A stretch of DNA of 64,000 bases from Chrysomallon squamiferum (Eukaryota > Animalia > Mollusca), in the NCBI GenBank assembly GCA_012295275.1, contig CM022673.1, positions 11,408,001 through 11,472,000 on the forward strand. Direction: 5' to 3'. Positions 38,161 to 50,512 of the stretch are shown piece after piece. The stretch's first letter is position 1, and each line of letters begins with the position of its first letter. Below the pieces are notes generated by a model. The model was not told where the DNA came from. It ran no database searches and saw only the letters and a list, made by a program, of their open reading frames with translations. The position numbers and the translations under genes are program-made.

Positions 38161-39630
38161 CAGCTGAAAACATCTGTATTTTAATAACGCCTGAGCTTAT
38201 ACTTAAAATCACCGATTTTGGCTCTGTGAAAACCCCACAAGATCCTATAAGCTCTACTGGCTGGACACCAGAGTACATGAGTCCAGAGGCTTGTTTCTTC
38301 ATACTTAAAGAAAAATTGCAAAACGGAGAAAAGGATGTGCAGTTGTCTGAAAAAGCAGATATATACAGCTTTGGCCTTACAGTTGCATTTATGATGAGTG
38401 GCTACCACATTGTGCAGCAGTTCATCATCAATTATTTAATGACTGAAGAAGAAAGAAAAGATCAACAGAAATACATGGAGAAGCGATTTCAGATTATTGT
38501 TCATGTAAGTTTACAAACTGCAGAAAACTTAATAATATTTAGAAATTAGATTATTAATTAAATTGAATATGGGATCCATTCAATTTTGTCATTGTTTAAT
38601 AGCCATAATGATAATAATGTTCATTTTGAGAATATGTTACTCTAATTAACTTATATTATCTATAATAAAGACATTTTTTGTTTTTATTTTTATTATGCTT
38701 AAATAATTTTGATTCTGTTCAGATTCATTAGTTTTCATCTGTTTAATGATTCAACATTATTTCAAAGGTTGCTAGAGATCCAAACTTGGTTAAAAAACAT
38801 GCTATCAAAAGTAATTGGCCAGAAGTCATCAGAACTCTCCTGGAGAACACTTTAGAAGGAGATGCTAACATCCGTTGGTCTGCTGCTCAGGGTTTGGACT
38901 ACATTAAACTTAAAGGTTTGTTTCTGATATTTATATGGAATATTGAATTATACGTAATTATTGACTTTTTTTTAATGTTAACATTGCATGCTTTTGTTTG
39001 AACACAAACATGAACTAATGCTATTTGTTTACAAATATTTGTATTTTTTATTTTATTTTGTTACATTATATGTAATTTGATTCTCAGAATTACTGTAGCA
39101 GAGAACACAAAACTTGATGGATTCAAATGTTTATTTCTAAGGAATGAACCTTGACCTGTTGGATAATGGCCACAGAGCTGAATTCACTTTTAAGAACCAA
39201 ATATGACATCTGTTATCCTTCATGGGGGGAGGCAGGTTTCTTACCTCTTATACATGTTCTCAGAACATTGCAACCAATGTTTAATCTCTGATTCCTTTGG
39301 AGAATCTGAATTTGGCATCTTTGTAATACCATCAACATTTCCAGTTAAAACTGAACAGAAGTTATTATTATTTTTATTTTTTCTTCAATAGGACAAAAAC
39401 AGCTGCCAACAGTTGTTGGGTCTCCTGCCTGTCAAGGAGATGGTAACATTCCTGATTTCAGCCAGTCGAAGTCATCCCTGGGAAGTAAATGGCCTGACGA
39501 AGAGTCCACGACAGGAAAAATGATAAGAAATAAACTGAGGAATAAACTGAAAGGAAAACACAGAAACCAGCCATATGAACTTCGTGATAAAGTGGAACCA
39601 GAAAAAGTACAAAATGCCCATTTTCAATGA
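35393..39630 (+). CDS. MAP3K14/MAP3K8-like kinase, copy 2 (catalytic motifs intact, 5' end unresolved)
   Basis: Exons 35393-35483, 35962-36099, 36547-36670 (FRRREVEVL), 37384-37524 (HLDIKS), 38164-38504, 38768-38915, 39392-39630. Sizes and phases match copy 1 exons 8-13. A 5-bp deletion in the last exon changes the last residues to AHFQ*. No in-frame start exon found. Confidence 0.8.
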
Positions 39631-40204
39631 AATCATGTGACTAACAAAGGAAATGAGAAAGTTTAAACGAACATTAATACTTGAACATTTTATTTCTTCA
39701 CTTAAATGGTGGTGGGTTTTATTTAACTTGCTTGTAGTAGATGTGCTGTGTATTTTTATTATTATTTTTTTTAGATTCATTTCCAGTTAAAAAAAGCAAT
39801 ATTACTGTATTAGATAATGTACCGGTGAACATTTGCATTCATATATATTTATATAATTTTAATTGTACATTTTTAATCATGTGTCAAGCTTTCTCTTCTG
39901 AATGTATACTGTATTCATTTGTACAACAGATTTACACACTTCACTGGGCTGAAATAAAACAGAAACAGAACTGATAAAAACAAAACAAAATGATTTTTAC
40001 TGAGCATTTTTGTTGTTTGAAACTGCTGTCCAAATATCTCATTGGTTTGAAAAAGTTTATAACCAATTTTTTACAGTTTATTTGTCTAGATTTTAACCAT
40101 TTTATCAAGAGTAGATAGTACAGATGTTCAGATTTGAATATGATAATTTAAAAATAAATAAAGAGGCATACTTTCAGATAAAAACTGATTAATGTGTAAT
40201 TTGC

Positions 40205-40254
<50 letters not shown>

Positions 40255-40325
40255 ATCTGCTGGTGGAAATCCTGATATTTGTGAATTTTCAATAATGAAA
40301 CTGAATTGATCAGAAATTGAGTACA

Positions 40326-40400
40326 GATGGGTTAGCTCAGTTTGGTTTGAGCATTGGCTTTCTGTTGCAGAGTATTTTGGTTCAAATCCAGAACCCATCA
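40326..40400 (+). pseudogene. Second copy of the tRNA-like element with a disrupted anticodon arm
   Basis: Same acceptor, D and T stems as 30746-30821, but the anticodon arm TTGGC-TTTCTGT-TGCAG no longer pairs well. Confidence 0.6.
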
Positions 40401-41549
40401 TTATGATGATGCAAATCATATCGGACTTCCATCGTTGTTTGTGTTTTTTAATCATGAATATAATAACATTTAAATATATTGTGTGTTTTTGGGACCAGAT
40501 CAGCTTTCTTTATTTCAGAGTACATGTAGTTGTTTTATTTGTAAACTAAATTCAGTATTTGCTTTTTGTAAATGGTCTATAGATTTTCAAGCTTGCTGCC
40601 ATTATTCTTTCATTTTTTTATATAAATTTATTTTTAAATTAATTTAAAAAAAATATATAATATAAATCATGAAATATATTTATAAGCTTAGATTACAATA
40701 CCACTTTGTGAATATTACTTAATACACACAAAATAATGTAAAAGGTGTTAATTAAAGACTATTATGTATTTTTCAGGATAATATATTGAAATTAGTTGTT
40801 TAAAAGAGATAAAATGAATAAACGTCAGTCCTAAATGTAATACAGGATCTGTCATCAAAAAGCGGTTGTGTTGTTGAAATATCTATAGACTATAATCATC
40901 TGCTTGCCTTCATTTTTGTTACGATTTGATTAAAATAAAAATTTACATAAAAACAAAACATTTTGCTTTGACTTTTATTTAAAAAGCAACAACCATGTCC
41001 CTGGTCAAATTATTTCAGTGGCTACAGTATTTATAGGAAACCTATTTTCCTGACCAACATGGAATGACAACTTGACAAACATTGATTAGAAAATATAGCT
41101 TTATTATTAGCAAAGAACTGGCCCTAGAACAAATAACAAAATGCGTTAACAAATGTTTGATTAGTGATGATCTACATTTTGTGGAAATGAAGTTCAGTAT
41201 TTGCTTTTTATAAGTGAGTCAAAAGATCAATAGATGATCAAGCATTTTTTTTTTTTTTTTATTAATATTATTATATATTTATTTATTTTTAAATTAAGAA
41301 ATCTTCTACTGGTATTTATATTATATAAAAAAAATTAAAAGAAATTATATATAAATGATTATGAACTACATTTATAAGTTTAGACTGAAGTACCACTTTG
41401 CAAATATAACTTTATGCACGGAAAATAATATAAAAGGTGTTAATTAAAGACTTACGTATTTTTCAGGATAATATATTGAAATTAATTAACAAAAAATCGA
41501 AATTTAATTCAGAATCCGGTGTTCAAATATTAATATATTATAATCATTT

Positions 41550-42192
41550 CCTTACGTTGCAAGTCCTAGTTTGAAATTAAAAAATAAAGTTCCAGTAACA
41601 TTATTTCAGATTACACAATTATATAAATAAAGAATAAAATATATAATTTCATATAATTATAAAAATCTACAATAAAACTCCTCGGTACACAATCGCATTT
41701 TATACATCGAAATCGAAGTTTAAATGGAAAACAGATTCAAGTCTCGTGCATATGAAAACGTAGCAGTTTTCAGTTTACTGTCTGTATGTATCCATATATG
41801 CACATATCTGTCATCTGTCTACCTGTGGTTAAAAACGCTGACTTGTTAGAAATGAAATAAGCGAAGTAAAGAAAACATCAAAATATTAAAATTTTACGGG
41901 AAATGTCTGTCTGTCCGTCTGTATATATATATATATATATGAGATGGCGTGTATAACTATCTCTGTATGTGTGTGTGCGCTTTTCATTCTTAATAAAGAA
42001 TCCGAAATACTTGCAAAGCAACACTTTTAAAAAAGCAGTTAATCACTCTATTTTGTTCAACTGGTTTTAAAAAATAAAAGATAAACAAAAAAGATAAAAA
42101 AGAGATAGAGAGAGTTATTAATAACAATAAAAAGTCGACCACTTTTCCGCGGTATTAACTTTTATTTTGCATGTTTTCACGCTACATTTAAT
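41550..42192 (-). repeat. Dispersed repeat, copy B (inverted relative to 14153-14722)
   Basis: The reverse complement aligns by eye along the length of copy A, with small indels. Confidence 0.9.
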
Positions 42193-42452
42193 ATATATAT
42201 ATATATATATATAAATGGACCAAATTAGTTTAATTTTGTGAAATACTTAAACTAGTTAAAAACAGAAAGAAATTGTTTATTTTCCATAAAAGTTTTATTG
42301 AATTTTTCGAAATCTTTTTATCGTATTGTGTAGGCTATATGTAATTTGTACAAAGCATCGAGAAAAGCATCGATAAAATCCGTAAAGTTTAATACACACA
42401 CGCAACGCAGTTCATCAACTTCATGTTTTCATCATTCATCTTTTAAATATAC

Positions 42453-43082
42453 ATTTGTTGTTGTTGGGTTTTTTTTTTTTTGTGTGGTTTTTTGGTTTTT
42501 TTTTTTAATTTTTTTTGTTTGTTTTGTTTGGGTTTTTTTTTTTGCTGTAGCGAGCAGTATTTCTGTTTTAATTTAAATAAAGAAGCTAATGTTAGGCGTT
42601 ACGAAGCTTTGAAAAGATAAAGCTTGTTCTTCCAAGCCAAAAACAACCTGTGATATATATATATATATATATATATATTTTATGACCTTTTTCGTGTTTA
42701 TTGTATTTGTTTAAAAGAACAGTCCATAGCAAAATTCCTTATTTCAGTTTAGGTGCCATGTTTTGAAGAGTACCGCGTTATTTTTACGTTTAAAATTTAA
42801 AAGATAAAATATTTATTTTATTACTTAATTTTTATTGTTAAATTTTTATTTATTAAATGTCCGATTCTCTTGTTTTATATTCGTTCTTTCGATTTGTTGT
42901 TGTTGGGTTGTTGTTTTTTTGTGTGGTTTTTTGGTTTTTTATTTTTTTTATTTTGTTTGTTTGTTTTGTTTGGGTTTTTTTTTTGCTGTATAGCGAGCAG
43001 TATTTCTGTTTTAATTTAAATAAAGAAGCTAATGTTATTATTTGAAAAGATAAAGCTTGTTCTTCCAAGCCAAAAACAACCT

Positions 43083-43122
<40 letters not shown>

Positions 43123-43333
43123 ATGACCTTTTTCGTGTTTATTGTATTTGTTTAAAAGAACAGTCCATAGCAAAATTCCTTATTTCAGTTTAGGTGCCAT
43201 GTTTTGAAGAGTACCGCGTTATTTTTACGTTTAAAATTTAAAAGATAAAATATTTATTTTATTACTTAATTTTTATTGTTAAATTTTTATTTATTAAATG
43301 TCCGATTCTGTTGTTTTATATTCGTTCTTTCGA
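42453..43333 (+). repeat. Near-perfect 2 x ~440-bp tandem duplication upstream of AATF
   Basis: Unit 1 is 42453-42891, unit 2 is 42892-43333. Confidence 0.95.
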
Positions 43334-43478
43334 CTCAACCTTTTAGTGTTAATCCGTTGATTAGCTCTTTCCCCTTAACCGTGTGCCATCATTTTGCTAC
43401 GTTTGTGCATATTAAAATTAGGTCTGTCCCGAACGACAAAGTATCAATGGTAAGACAGTCCAACGACTGAAATCCAGC

Positions 43479-43957
43479 ATGTCTTCCTTGAAAGAGGAAT
43501 TGGAGAAATTAACAAACCCAACACCAGTTTTTAAGGATCCAGAAGACGATAACGATGGTATTTTATTTATTTATGCTTGCAATACTTCATTAGCATTACA
43601 CTTTATAGTATTTAACTTCCTTATTCAGTTATTGTTAAAAGTTATGACACAGACCAATATCATGAATATGGCAATAACTAAATACGTTATTCAGTTATTG
43701 GTCTGTCTCATAACTTTTAACTACATCAGATTCAGTACGCTATAAGTATAAGATATATTATTATATATAAATGATAATGCTGATGTTGTATAACAGTATA
43801 TGATATATGATATATCATTATATGACACTCTTTAATATTTTATTCGTTATACTCATAATACAGTAGTTTATATTTATTATATTCAGTATGAAACGTCTAC
43901 AGACTACACATAAATATTTCACATCTGGTAAAATATTTTAATTATGTGTTGTTTCAA

Positions 43958-44000
<43 letters not shown>

Positions 44001-47000
44001 GCAGCAACAGCAGCACAACTGGTAGATAAATCTGAGGAATTTGACATTGATGATGAACTGCAGACAAGAAGTTCATTACGTCAAAGAGCAGCCCCACTTC
44101 TCTGTGATGCAGACAACAAGTATGCAGGAAGGAAAATTTCTAGAAAGTCATGGAAACAGGAATTAGATGGTATGGTATTTTGAAATTTGTAAGAGTTTGT
44201 AATATATATTAGAATAGTTGAAAGTATTTAGCATACAAACAAGTAAATAATTTTTTTTTCAGTAACATCAGCTTATATAAGTCTTATCTGTAGTCACTGA
44301 GAATGATCTTTTCATGTGTATCAGTGTTCAGATTGTACCAGTAAAATATACAATTGTTATTAATTATCAAAACATCATTAATCATAATATTTTCGCTGTC
44401 ATCTTTGGTAAAAAGGTAACAACCAAATATGAATGAAAGAATGATTCTGAACTCCTTTTTGTCATTTTTATTGTCATTTTATGATTTTAAAACAAATTAA
44501 AAAAAAAAAAAAAAAGTTGGAAGTGTATACACACAAAGTAATCTTCATAATAGTTGAGTAATATTTTTGTTCTACTGTTTTATGAGTATTTGATTTTTAA
44601 CACTTTATTTCACTGATAAAAATAATCTAATTTAAAACAGTAAATTTAACATTTTACCTTAATTCTCTTTACTTGTAGATGATGTTGTTGATGAAGATGC
44701 TGTTGCTGCACTGGATAAGGCAATAGATGTAGGTGACAGTGAAAGCAGTGATGATGCTGATAATGATGCCAATGATAGTGATGTTTCAGAGAGTGACAGC
44801 AGTGAAGAAGAAATGCAAATTAAGAAATTTAAATCTAAACTTAATGAATCAAATTCCGATGGCAGAAATACTTCAAAAGAATTTAGGTGAATTATTTGTA
44901 TAATCACATGTTTAATATATGTAATTTAATTTTTTTATTGTATTCTTTTATTAACAAAAATCAGAATCATTAAATTAATAGCTTCAAAAGATAAAGTTCT
45001 TTATAGGTTTTAATTAATTATACAAAAAAGAATCAATATGTATGTGTGTATATACATACATATATATCTTAACACACACATACATACAGACATTTATGCA
45101 TTAAAACATTAATTACTAGAAGCTTATTTAAAAAGAAAACAAAAATTTATTTATTATTACTTTACAAAATAAAATTTTTTTTCATGACAGTTTTACTGAT
45201 GATGGTGATTACAGTAAATATGCTGATGACTATGATGGTAATGAATCTCAGGATGATTCTGATGATGATGAAGAAGATGAAAACATGAGTGATGATGAAG
45301 AAGCTGCTGATGATGGTCTGTAGTATTTTACCCCATATGAAATTTATACAATTACCATAATGTGTAACTACATTAGTGCTTCTCAAATTGTGGAATTTCA
45401 TAAAGCCTTTCAAAGTCTTCACAAAGCTAAAATACAGTAACAATAATACTGCAGTAATATTTACTTTTGCAACTCTGATTTTATAGATATAAACCATCTT
45501 TTTAAAAAAAACCTCCTTTGGAGTTTTAAGAATGTCCTGAGACTAAGTAGGCTAAAAACAACTGCACTATAGAAACATTAAAACAGCAGACTGAAAATCA
45601 ATTTATTGTGTGAGATTTTCATTTTGTCAGTTACAGTTTTATAGCACTGATTGTAGAACTTGCATGGTTTCAGATACTGTTGTTAGCAGTTCTGTAGCAA
45701 ATTCCTTTATTTTTTATTTTATTATTTTTTTAATGGTGTGGGGATGCTAGCCCCATGCTCAATCCTCCTTTCTCACCAGGGTTTGGGATGGGCCAAGGCA
45801 GAGTTTTGTTTCCCGAACCTTGTTTTATTAAAACTTCTTGCCCAGACACACTAAGGCCACACAGTAAATGAACAGTGAACCTGTATTATTATAATAAATA
45901 TATATTCCATCAGCTCGAACACTCATTCAGCATTAAATTGATATTAAGTGTATACTGTCATTGTTTTTATTATTATTATTATTTTTATTTTATTCTTGTT
46001 ATATCAAAGTGTACTATACTATTTAAAAATTACATTCATACAGTTTGTCTTTATAGTATAACTTAATATACGACACATTACACATTTGCTTTCAACAGAG
46101 GGCACTGTATCCAACTTCACACCACACAGACGAAATGAAGATGTGAAAAAAGGAAATGCTGCTCAGGCTCAGTTAGGTTGGTTTTTGTTGAGACACTTTT
46201 AAATGTTAGTTTTCAGTTGAGGTCTGAAATATTTTAACTTCTTTAGTAAGACTGTGATGATTAAAGCTAAATAAAAGTAACTGTGTTTCCTTTTGTACGA
46301 TGGTTATAAAAGATATGTACATGTCTATATTGGGTGGAAAGTTACTGAAAATGGAAGCTAAAATGAAAAAAATACTATTTTTTGGCTATTATGGATTACT
46401 GGACTGATTGTTTACTTATTTATGAAGCTTTATGGGACAGTCTGTTGGAGGAAAGGATTAAACTGCAGAAAACTGTTTCAGTTGTCAACCAGTTACCGCA
46501 ACCAGATACCTGGCAACCGTTCATGAATGTTGGAGGAGAAGACCTTGAAAAATCTGTGAAAAACGGTGTGTGCTTTTTTTGTTTTTTTTTGTTTGTTTGT
46601 TTGTATTACCCCAAATAACTTTTATAAATGGGGAATTACATATATAAAAGCAGAGTTATAAAGACAAATATTGTAGAATTATTAATATCATTTTTATTTA
46701 TTTTTTTTTTTTTTTTTTTTATTTTTTTTTTTTTTAACATTTCTAATTTCTGTATGTTCTACATACATATATAGACACACATATACACTAGTATACATGT
46801 TTTCGTAATATGTTTTTTTTTTTTTTTTAATGTATTAATATTTCAGCTTGCAGTACTTTGAAAAGTTTGCTCGATGAGTTTGTTGAACTCCAAACCCTGT
46901 TGCTGATAAAAAATCCAGAAACAAAACACATTGTAGATGGATCTGCTGCTTCAGAAAAAAAGTATTTTTTTTATTTATTTTATTTTTATTATTACTCTTA

Positions 47001-50000
47001 GTCTTTTTCTTCTTCTTTTTAAAAAATAAAATTTAAGACTCATCTATGGATCTAAATCCATTAGTGAAGAAGAACAATTATATTATCACTTTTATTATTT
47101 TATTTTTTAACAATTTACATAATCAATGGTTCATCATTTTTGGAAAAAACAAGTTATTCTTAATTTTATTATTATTGTTAGTAATTTTTAATTTTTTTAT
47201 ATTTTTATTTCTTCCATATTAAAATTCTTTCTGTTATTTCTGTATTTTAACCCCCTCAAAAAATATTGATTATTGACTTGAAATTGTTTGTTTCTTTGCT
47301 TTTTACATTTTTTGTGGGATTTTTTGGTTTGTTTGTGTTTGTTATCATTACATGGATTTAATTTTGTTTTGTTTCAATCCAAAATGGCTGTCTTTACACA
47401 TTTAAAATAAATCACTGGGTCTTCTCTTTATATGTCAAATTTTTTCAGCTTTATTTTATTTTATTTTATTTTATTTTATTTTATTTTATTTTATTTTATT
47501 TTATTTTATTTTATTTTATTTTATTTTATTTATTTTTTATTTATTTTTTAATTTAATTTTTATATAATTATTTTTATTTGTATTACTTTATTATTATTTG
47601 TATTTTTTTTGTATTCAGGAACAGCTGTTATTTGTTCCATAGATAAACAAAACCTAAGATTCGTAACTGCATTAGCGTAATTTGTTTCGTTCTTCTTTCT
47701 CACAGAAAGCAGAATGATAATGATGAAGATGAAGATAATGAAGAAATTAGCAGTGAATCTGAAGGAGAAAACACAACAACAGAAATGAAAACCAAGGAGA
47801 ATGGATCAATGCTTAAAAGAAAACTCAAAATGAAAGATTATCCTGAATTTCTTGCCAAACGGCATGCTAGCTTCCAGAGTTACAGGTTTTCTGAAAATCT
47901 TTATTGTTTTTAATTATTTAATATTATGTTTTCCTTAGATAGGGATGGAATATGGGTTAAGCTGATACTTTATAACCTGAAATATATTGTAAATTGTCTT
48001 TCAATTCAACTGTGAAATTTCTAGATATACACATATTAAGTTTGTTTAAAATTTAGGAGCCAGCCACAACTCATTGAGTGTATACTTACCTGAGCCACAA
48101 TACATAGCAGGATCAGTCCTCCATAGTTCTCTTTCCTCATATTTGATCAATGTTTCTTGATATTTTTTTTTTACACTGAAAAATTTATTTAGATTAGCAC
48201 CTGTAAATAATAATAATTTTTGTTTCGATGATTTTTTTTTTTTTTTAACCTAAAAAATGTTGTTGAGATTTCTTTTAAAAAGTATAAAAATGTTTTTTAT
48301 TTCCATACATTTGAGAAATTATTATCATGTGGTGAATATTTGAGAAATTGTATTTTTATAAATTTCAGAAATTCAACAGTTGAAAAATGGCACGACAAAA
48401 CGAGATTGGCCACGGGTAAAGTAACAAGTAAATCCTTTGGTGCGTTTGACCAGTCTGTCCTAAAACAAGTACAACAGGTAAATTTAGAATCAATCCAACC
48501 ATTTCTGTAGTTACATTTGTTAAAAGTGTTTGCAAGTGACCTCAGTAACAGTCTATGATTTTGGCAACTTCATGCTAATTCTAATTATAAGTATCCTAAA
48601 TATATTTTGTACACTTTCAAGTCATTGTTTTAACTGATTTTTTTTAGATAAGACTTTCCTAATAATAAACTCTGACAGAAATAAAATGTATTATAAGTAT
48701 TATAATGAATTTAGATTATTGGTTTTTGCAACAGGATATGTTTTAAGATATCTGAATTATTATTATTATTATTATTATTTTGTGATACTCTTTTCTGTTT
48801 AAATATTTCGTTTTTAATAATTTATTTATTTATTTTTTATGTGTTAAAGATTCTAAGTGACAAAGATCGACTTGTAAAAAGAACACAGTTAAAGAGATCT
48901 GCTTATCGAGTGTTGGGGAAAGCAGAGAAACAAGAGGAAGAGATTGAGAGGCATGCTGCAGCTGATCTTGGGGTATGTAATTCTGATTTCTTAAAATGAA
49001 CTTTAACTTGCTAAAACTGAAATCTCTGCAACCAAATATGTGTCTTCCGTTTTAAATATTAAACTGTGTCTTCAGTTTTAAATATTAGACTGTGTCTTCA
49101 GTACTAAATGTTAAACTGTGTCTTCACTTTTAAATATTAAACTGTGTCTTCAGTTTTATATATTAAACTGTCTTCAGTTTTATATATTAAACTGTCTTCA
49201 GTATTAAATATTAAACTGTGTCTTACTTTTAAATATTAAACTGTGTCTTCACTGTTAAATATTAAACTGGGTTTTTGGAGAGTTTTTTTTTCATTAATCT
49301 AGTTAATCTTATTACCAGTAATTGTACAATAAAGTCCAAATAAAAATTAAAAATAAAATTAGCACAAAACATTCTTTACGTATTATAAATCTTTTAAAGT
49401 ATCAAGTTGGAAGATATTTCTTTTATTCACTTCTAAATAAATGTTTTTGGCTAATGTTATTAACTGGTAATACAGAATACTTCTTAAACACTAGTGTATT
49501 TAACATGGCTTTGTAATAGGTAAATAAAAACAGATGGCGCAGTTATGTAAACTCAGCATCCATTCATTACACCTGAGACAAATACATTGTAAAGGTGTTT
49601 AATATAATTATGACAAGTAAATAAAACCAGTAAAATTCTTTACCATGATAATGCACATAAATATCTCAGTTGTGGAGTTTTAGTTAGAACAGGATAAATT
49701 AAAAAAAAGGTTTCCATAATATTTTGCTTATCTTTATTTCCAGTCAGAAGCTGTACCAACACGAGATCATCTCAAAGACTTTGATGAAGAAATATTTGAC
49801 GATGATGATTTTTACCATCAACTCCTGAGAGAACTGATTGAAAGAAAAACCACTGATATCAATGATCCTGTGGAAGTTAGCAGGTTAGTGTGTTAGCTGT
49901 GTAGAAAAATTTCTGTTAGTAAAAAACTGATAATAATAAGTGATTAAGGAACTAAATAAAACTGATTTAAATCACATTTTTGTAAAGCTAAACCAAGAAA

Positions 50001-50471
50001 ACTCACTAGACAAAGATTAGTAGAGAAACTACTGTTAATATCATAGTAAGAGATCATTAAATAGAATTTTTAAAATTAGTTCTGTGCAGTTGTCTAATGC
50101 ATCAGTTTTTGAAGTGGGCGAGAATGGTGATAGCTGCACAGAGGATAGTTGATCTGAAGTTCTCTAGGAACTAAGGTATCAATTTTGCTAAACCACAGAG
50201 CAAAGACACTAATTTAAATAGATTTTTTATTGTACTTCACAATCTTGAATTTTTATTATTATTATTTTTCTATTAATTTTTTTTTTTGTGTTAAATTCAT
50301 GATTATATACATCTATATATAATATAAAAAATTAAATTTTCAATTATTAATGGGATAGTTTTATTTTCCTGTGAATTTTGTCCTTTTCAGACGTTGGTTG
50401 GAAGTACAAAAACTAAGAAATCGAGTAAAGAAAAACTGTTGACCGAAAAGCAAGTAAAGGCAGAAAAATAA

Positions 50472-50512
<41 letters not shown>

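Larger units (their letters stand above)
35350..41180 (+). repeat. Segmental tandem duplication of about 25640-31650 (kinase exons, introns and 3' flank)
   Basis: Collinear exon, intron and downstream sequence offset by about 10 kb. Confidence 0.95.

Noticed and set aside
25640-41180. Kinase duplication as an uncollapsed haplotype artefact
   Set aside because: The 5' exons and introns are far too divergent for alleles and the copies have different upstream context. Only the near-identical 3' half needs read confirmation.
45566-45700. Two hairpins in AATF intron 4
   Set aside because: AT-rich stems and no ACA box after the second hairpin; not distinguishable from background folding.
46254-46348. 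Possible C/D snoRNA (GTGATGA...CTGA) in an AATF intron
   Set aside because: No terminal stem and no rRNA-complementary guide that I can recognise; the boxes are expected by chance in AT-rich DNA.
48057-48140. Possible tRNA-derived SINE head
   Set aside because: Resemblance is too weak and the A and B boxes are not clear.
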